From Sphyrna mokarran (Eukaryota): a DNA stretch of 64,000 nt. The DNA lies in the NCBI GenBank assembly GCA_024679065.1, contig JAGIQG010000008.1, positions 82,894,001-82,958,000 of the forward strand. Reading direction: 5' to 3'. The position numbers and the translations under genes are program-made. This document shows positions 60,135 to 64,000 of this stretch, one piece after another. The notes beneath the pieces were generated by a model. That model ran no database searches, was not told the DNA's origin, and saw nothing but the letters and a program-made list of their open reading frames with translations. Position 1 is the stretch's first letter; every line of letters starts with the position of its first letter.

Positions 60135-63100
60135 AGGTGAAATACGGGAGGTGAAATATCAGCATCCCACTAAAAAGAAAGTTGGTGACGGATTAAAGGA
60201 GGTTTGGGATTCCCAACAGCATTAACATGTCGTGCACACTTTTTAAATGGTTGTTAGATTAAGTTAAACTTTTACAAACAAGTCAGCGGCAAACAAAGTA
60301 ATCTGCCGGGTGGATCTGGAATAAATGTGGAACTTTGTTGGCCCTGGAAGAAGCTGAGCTGTTGCACTGAGTTAGGGTGGTGACGGCATGGCTTTCTGTG
60401 GAAGACAGGTTGGATTATGGGTGCTCCAAGAAGGGTTGGGGGGATAGAAGGAGGGAGCTTGACAATAATTGAAAGGTCAGTCAGTGTCAAAGGCAGCCCA
60501 AACATGCTGAAGTTGAGATCAAGGAGTTTTTTTTTGACAGCAGACGGGAGAGTTGAGGAGCGATAGTGAACTTGTGTATCCAAGAGAGTGAGAGGAGGGA
60601 TAGAGCTCCTTGCCTACCGCAAACATTAAAAGAGAAAACATTATGCCGAACGTGGACAGCTGATGAATTCAGAGAGAGAAAGGTGGGATGGGGTCTCACA
60701 TTAGCACAAGCAACACAGCTGTCAATAGTCTGAGTTCTCACAGATAAGCAAGTTACTTGGAAGTAAAACAAAACGAAATGATTAATCAGATGAAGAAATA
60801 AAATTATGACATTAAATGGCAGTTAGAGCTGCTGACTGGTTTACATGGCAGATGGCTCTAGAGAATAAATATTTTCATGTTTTGCTTCTGAGGAATTCAT
60901 TTCACAAACAAACTTTTTTGTCTTTACAGTTTTTACTGTCCATTATATCATTGGTTTACTCTGATCTTTTAATTCTTCTGTCATCCTAAGGGTTGATAAA
61001 GGGTTATCTTCCCATGCCATGTTCAAATTCTTTATTGTTCCTAAGCCATAATTATAACTAAGTTTGCACCCTTTCTATTCTACTTACAGGGTTTGCTCCC
61101 TATTTACAAAGTCTGTTCCTAGGCATCTGCCAAAAATGCTTTTTAATCATTTGTTGGCAAGTAGTTTTGAGTGTCTTGACTTCTTATTTCCATTCTGCCT
61201 ATTTATCCCAGGGAAGCACCTTGATGTTCTAATCAGGATTGAGAATTTACATGTGATTCATAATTATAAAACCAATTGCAGTTCTCTGATACTATAAACG
61301 CAAATCAGATTGGTATCAGGGCAGAATCACATGCACCACAGTTTGTTGCTACAGATCAAAAATTATGTTAATTTGGCTGTGCAACAATGCAAACAAAACA
61401 TGCTTGAATTCTCCTGATTTGCGAGTAATAATAATTTATCACCCCCCATCACTTTCCATGTCACTGACTTCTGGGAATTCATCTCTTTACTGCTTTATTG
61501 ACTGTATTTAAAATTGAGGCCTATTCCTACAAATATTTTTGCCATTTTCCAGGCATACATATTCTTATACTCCTTTAAAATGTACTTAGGCAGCGAGTAT
61601 GGATTTCAATGAAAATGTGAACTGTTAAACAGGTACAGTGTTGCAATAATAAAAGGCAACGGCAATGTGTTTGGATTATGGCATGAGGTGCAAATTTAGT
61701 TGAAAGATGAAAGTCAACAGAACTCAAACAGCACAAATGCAAAACAATGTTGTAGGCATCTGTGAATGCTACTCATTGTAGAACTAACAATACATAATTT
61801 AAAAGCACTCACTAACTTTGAGTTATCCTGCGATGATAAATACACCCAGGATGTTGATGGTTTAATCCAGTTGTGCTTTGCCTTAAAGATTTGTAATAGA
61901 GCTTCAAATGCTCAATATCAGTATTTTAACAAAAAATAAAATTTCAGTATATACTGAATGCACACAAAATGCATTATTCGCCTCAAAGTTCTAGTTTTGT
62001 ATCCTTCTCCTGGATTGTGTTTGTTCATCAGCAACAAAATTATAAATTGAACTAAAGCCAAATCGTTCCATTAACTATGTCCTCACTCATTCAATGGCCA
62101 GGAAGAAAGCTGTGCAAAATTTTCCTTGATAACCTTTGACCCAAATCATGCAAAAACTCGACACTGATTTTATAAAAAGAATCAAATTAGCTTCTTAATT
62201 AGATTATCAAAGGTGAAAAGCAACTGATTACTATATAAAACTACCCGTGTCACTTATATAACATACTGCCTCATTTGGAAATTGCTGCACACTCTTCTAA
62301 ACCATGGTTTATTCCTCCAAAAATATCAAGCCCACATTATATAAAGATCACATAAAATTTAATGCACCAAGGACTCAACATGACTCATTATCCCCACTCG
62401 CTTTTGAAAAGTTCTACATAATTATTCCTTGATCCACAAAATTGATAGTAAAGTTCCAAAATATATATCGATCCTCAGACTGTTACTATTCAACTGAAAA
62501 AAACTGCCTACCCAGATTAAAGCTCAACTCTCCTGGATTCAGCCACATGTGAACTGTTGCTCTTTATGGAATTGACAATCTTAATCTATTATCATTACAA
62601 AGCTCTAATTTTCTAACCAGAATCAATTATTCAATTGTATCATCTATATTATTTTAGCCATATATTTTCACTGATTATCTTGATTTTAATTCTGTCTGGG
62701 CGCAGAGATGTAAACTACTTTAAATGTATAAGATTTAGCAAATAAGTAACTAATGCATATCTTGCATCGTATGGATTGATTTTTGTGCCTTTAATAAAAA
62801 GGGAGTGGGTATGGTAAGTTTGGTAAACACCATACAAAATACAGCACCTGAATCTCAGTTTGGAAACAAACTGTCAATTACAAAAGGGTTGACTATTTAC
62901 TTGTCTTGTTCTTTCACAAGTATTAAAACATAATATGTACAAGAAGTGCCTGTATAAATAAAATGCCTTCTGTACAACAAATCAAATGCACAAGTGATGT
63001 TTTCATAAATTATACATCAACACTAAATAAAGTCCTTTTAAGTGATTTAGATTAAATTTTAACATCAATGATAAAATTTAAACTGTACTTATAATGAAAT

Positions 63101-64000
63101 TATAGTTAAGTGAAGTATGGGTAAGGGAGAAGTTATACTTTGGAAACAGTGCACAAAAAGGCTAGACATGAATCCTTATCTGATTATATATTCCTGTTTA
63201 CAATATGATCAAGAATCAATCAACAATAAAATTACTAAAAAGTTACATTTGGTCTAATGTGTGAAATATTAAATGCAGCTAATTTATGTCATAGGAATTG
63301 GTTGTCTTCTGTAAATGATTAAATATATGGAATCCAGATACATTTTTGGGATTAGTCCTCCAGGAATTTAGCAAAGAGGCTGGAAAACTACCTGAAACTT
63401 TGATTTACAAGGTTCTGTATAGGAATTAAATTTTCCAACTCTGATTGAACAGATTCAGCAATGTTCCTTTACACACCCTAAAGATATTGCAGGATGTGTT
63501 TCAGCCAATTTACACAGTGGGGAGTGTGCAAGATTAAGTTTGTGTGCTGTTGCCACTTTGCAGGGATGGGGTGAGGAGAGGGGGAGATTTTCAGGCACCC
63601 ATTGGACAGAAATCGGATTGGAAAACAATAGGCTATGACTTCCTCTACAGATGATGGGTGGAGCTTGTGCCAAAGTTAGAAAGTAGAGGTCATTCTAATA
63701 TGGAACCTAAGGCTCTATTCCCACATACAACCTCAATTTTAGGGTAGGTCTTTGCTGTCATTTGTGAAGTAGCTACCAAAAATTAAATCAATGCTAGTAT
63801 TTTAAAATGAGTAACTAAAAGACTTGCCTCTAAAAGACTTGCCTCATTGCCTTCTTAACAGGGAGCTAGTATTTGATGGGTTTCTTTGGCAACAAAATTC
63901 AGATATGTTCAAAAATGAAAACCCAGGCTTCCACCCAATTTCCTTGAGCCTCCAGAAAACACAGCTGCGCTTCAACTCTCCCATAGAAACAACTGCATGG

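Noticed and set aside
60272-60771. Minus-strand ORFs and a weak ttccAAG acceptor near 60755 as a possible further SYT7 exon
   Set aside because: No similarity to recalled SYT7 sequence, a non-YAG acceptor, and LLDL...AAFDT-like nucleotides that hint at an ancient L2 remnant.

Overview
AT-rich, CpG-depleted vertebrate genomic DNA, most likely from an elasmobranch (shark), judged by HE1-like tRNA SINEs, Deu-domain (SacSINE1-like) SINEs, LF-SINE-like elements and HER1-like CR1 LINEs. The window appears to lie entirely inside a large minus-strand gene that I recognise as synaptotagmin-7 (SYT7). Two linker-region cassette exons are visible (49611-49973 and 21849-21971). Both are phase 2-2, have canonical AG/GT ends and splice in frame across a 27.6 kb intron. 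The rest is intronic and layered with transposon fossils: a complete but decayed Ty3/Gypsy provirus (both LTRs, PBS, PPT), many CR1 and L2 pieces (one young CR1 with a near-intact RT), a PIF/Harbinger relic, a Penelope-like element with an inverted 5' copy, and short Penelope-derived palindromes carrying minimal type-I hammerhead-ribozyme cores. Several local inverted duplications could fold into dsRNA in the pre-mRNA. I see no wholly new system; the best leads are the intronic hammerhead motifs, the inverted duplications and a few candidate cryptic exons. Repeat boundaries were read by eye and are approximate, and family names come from recalled motifs, not database searches.
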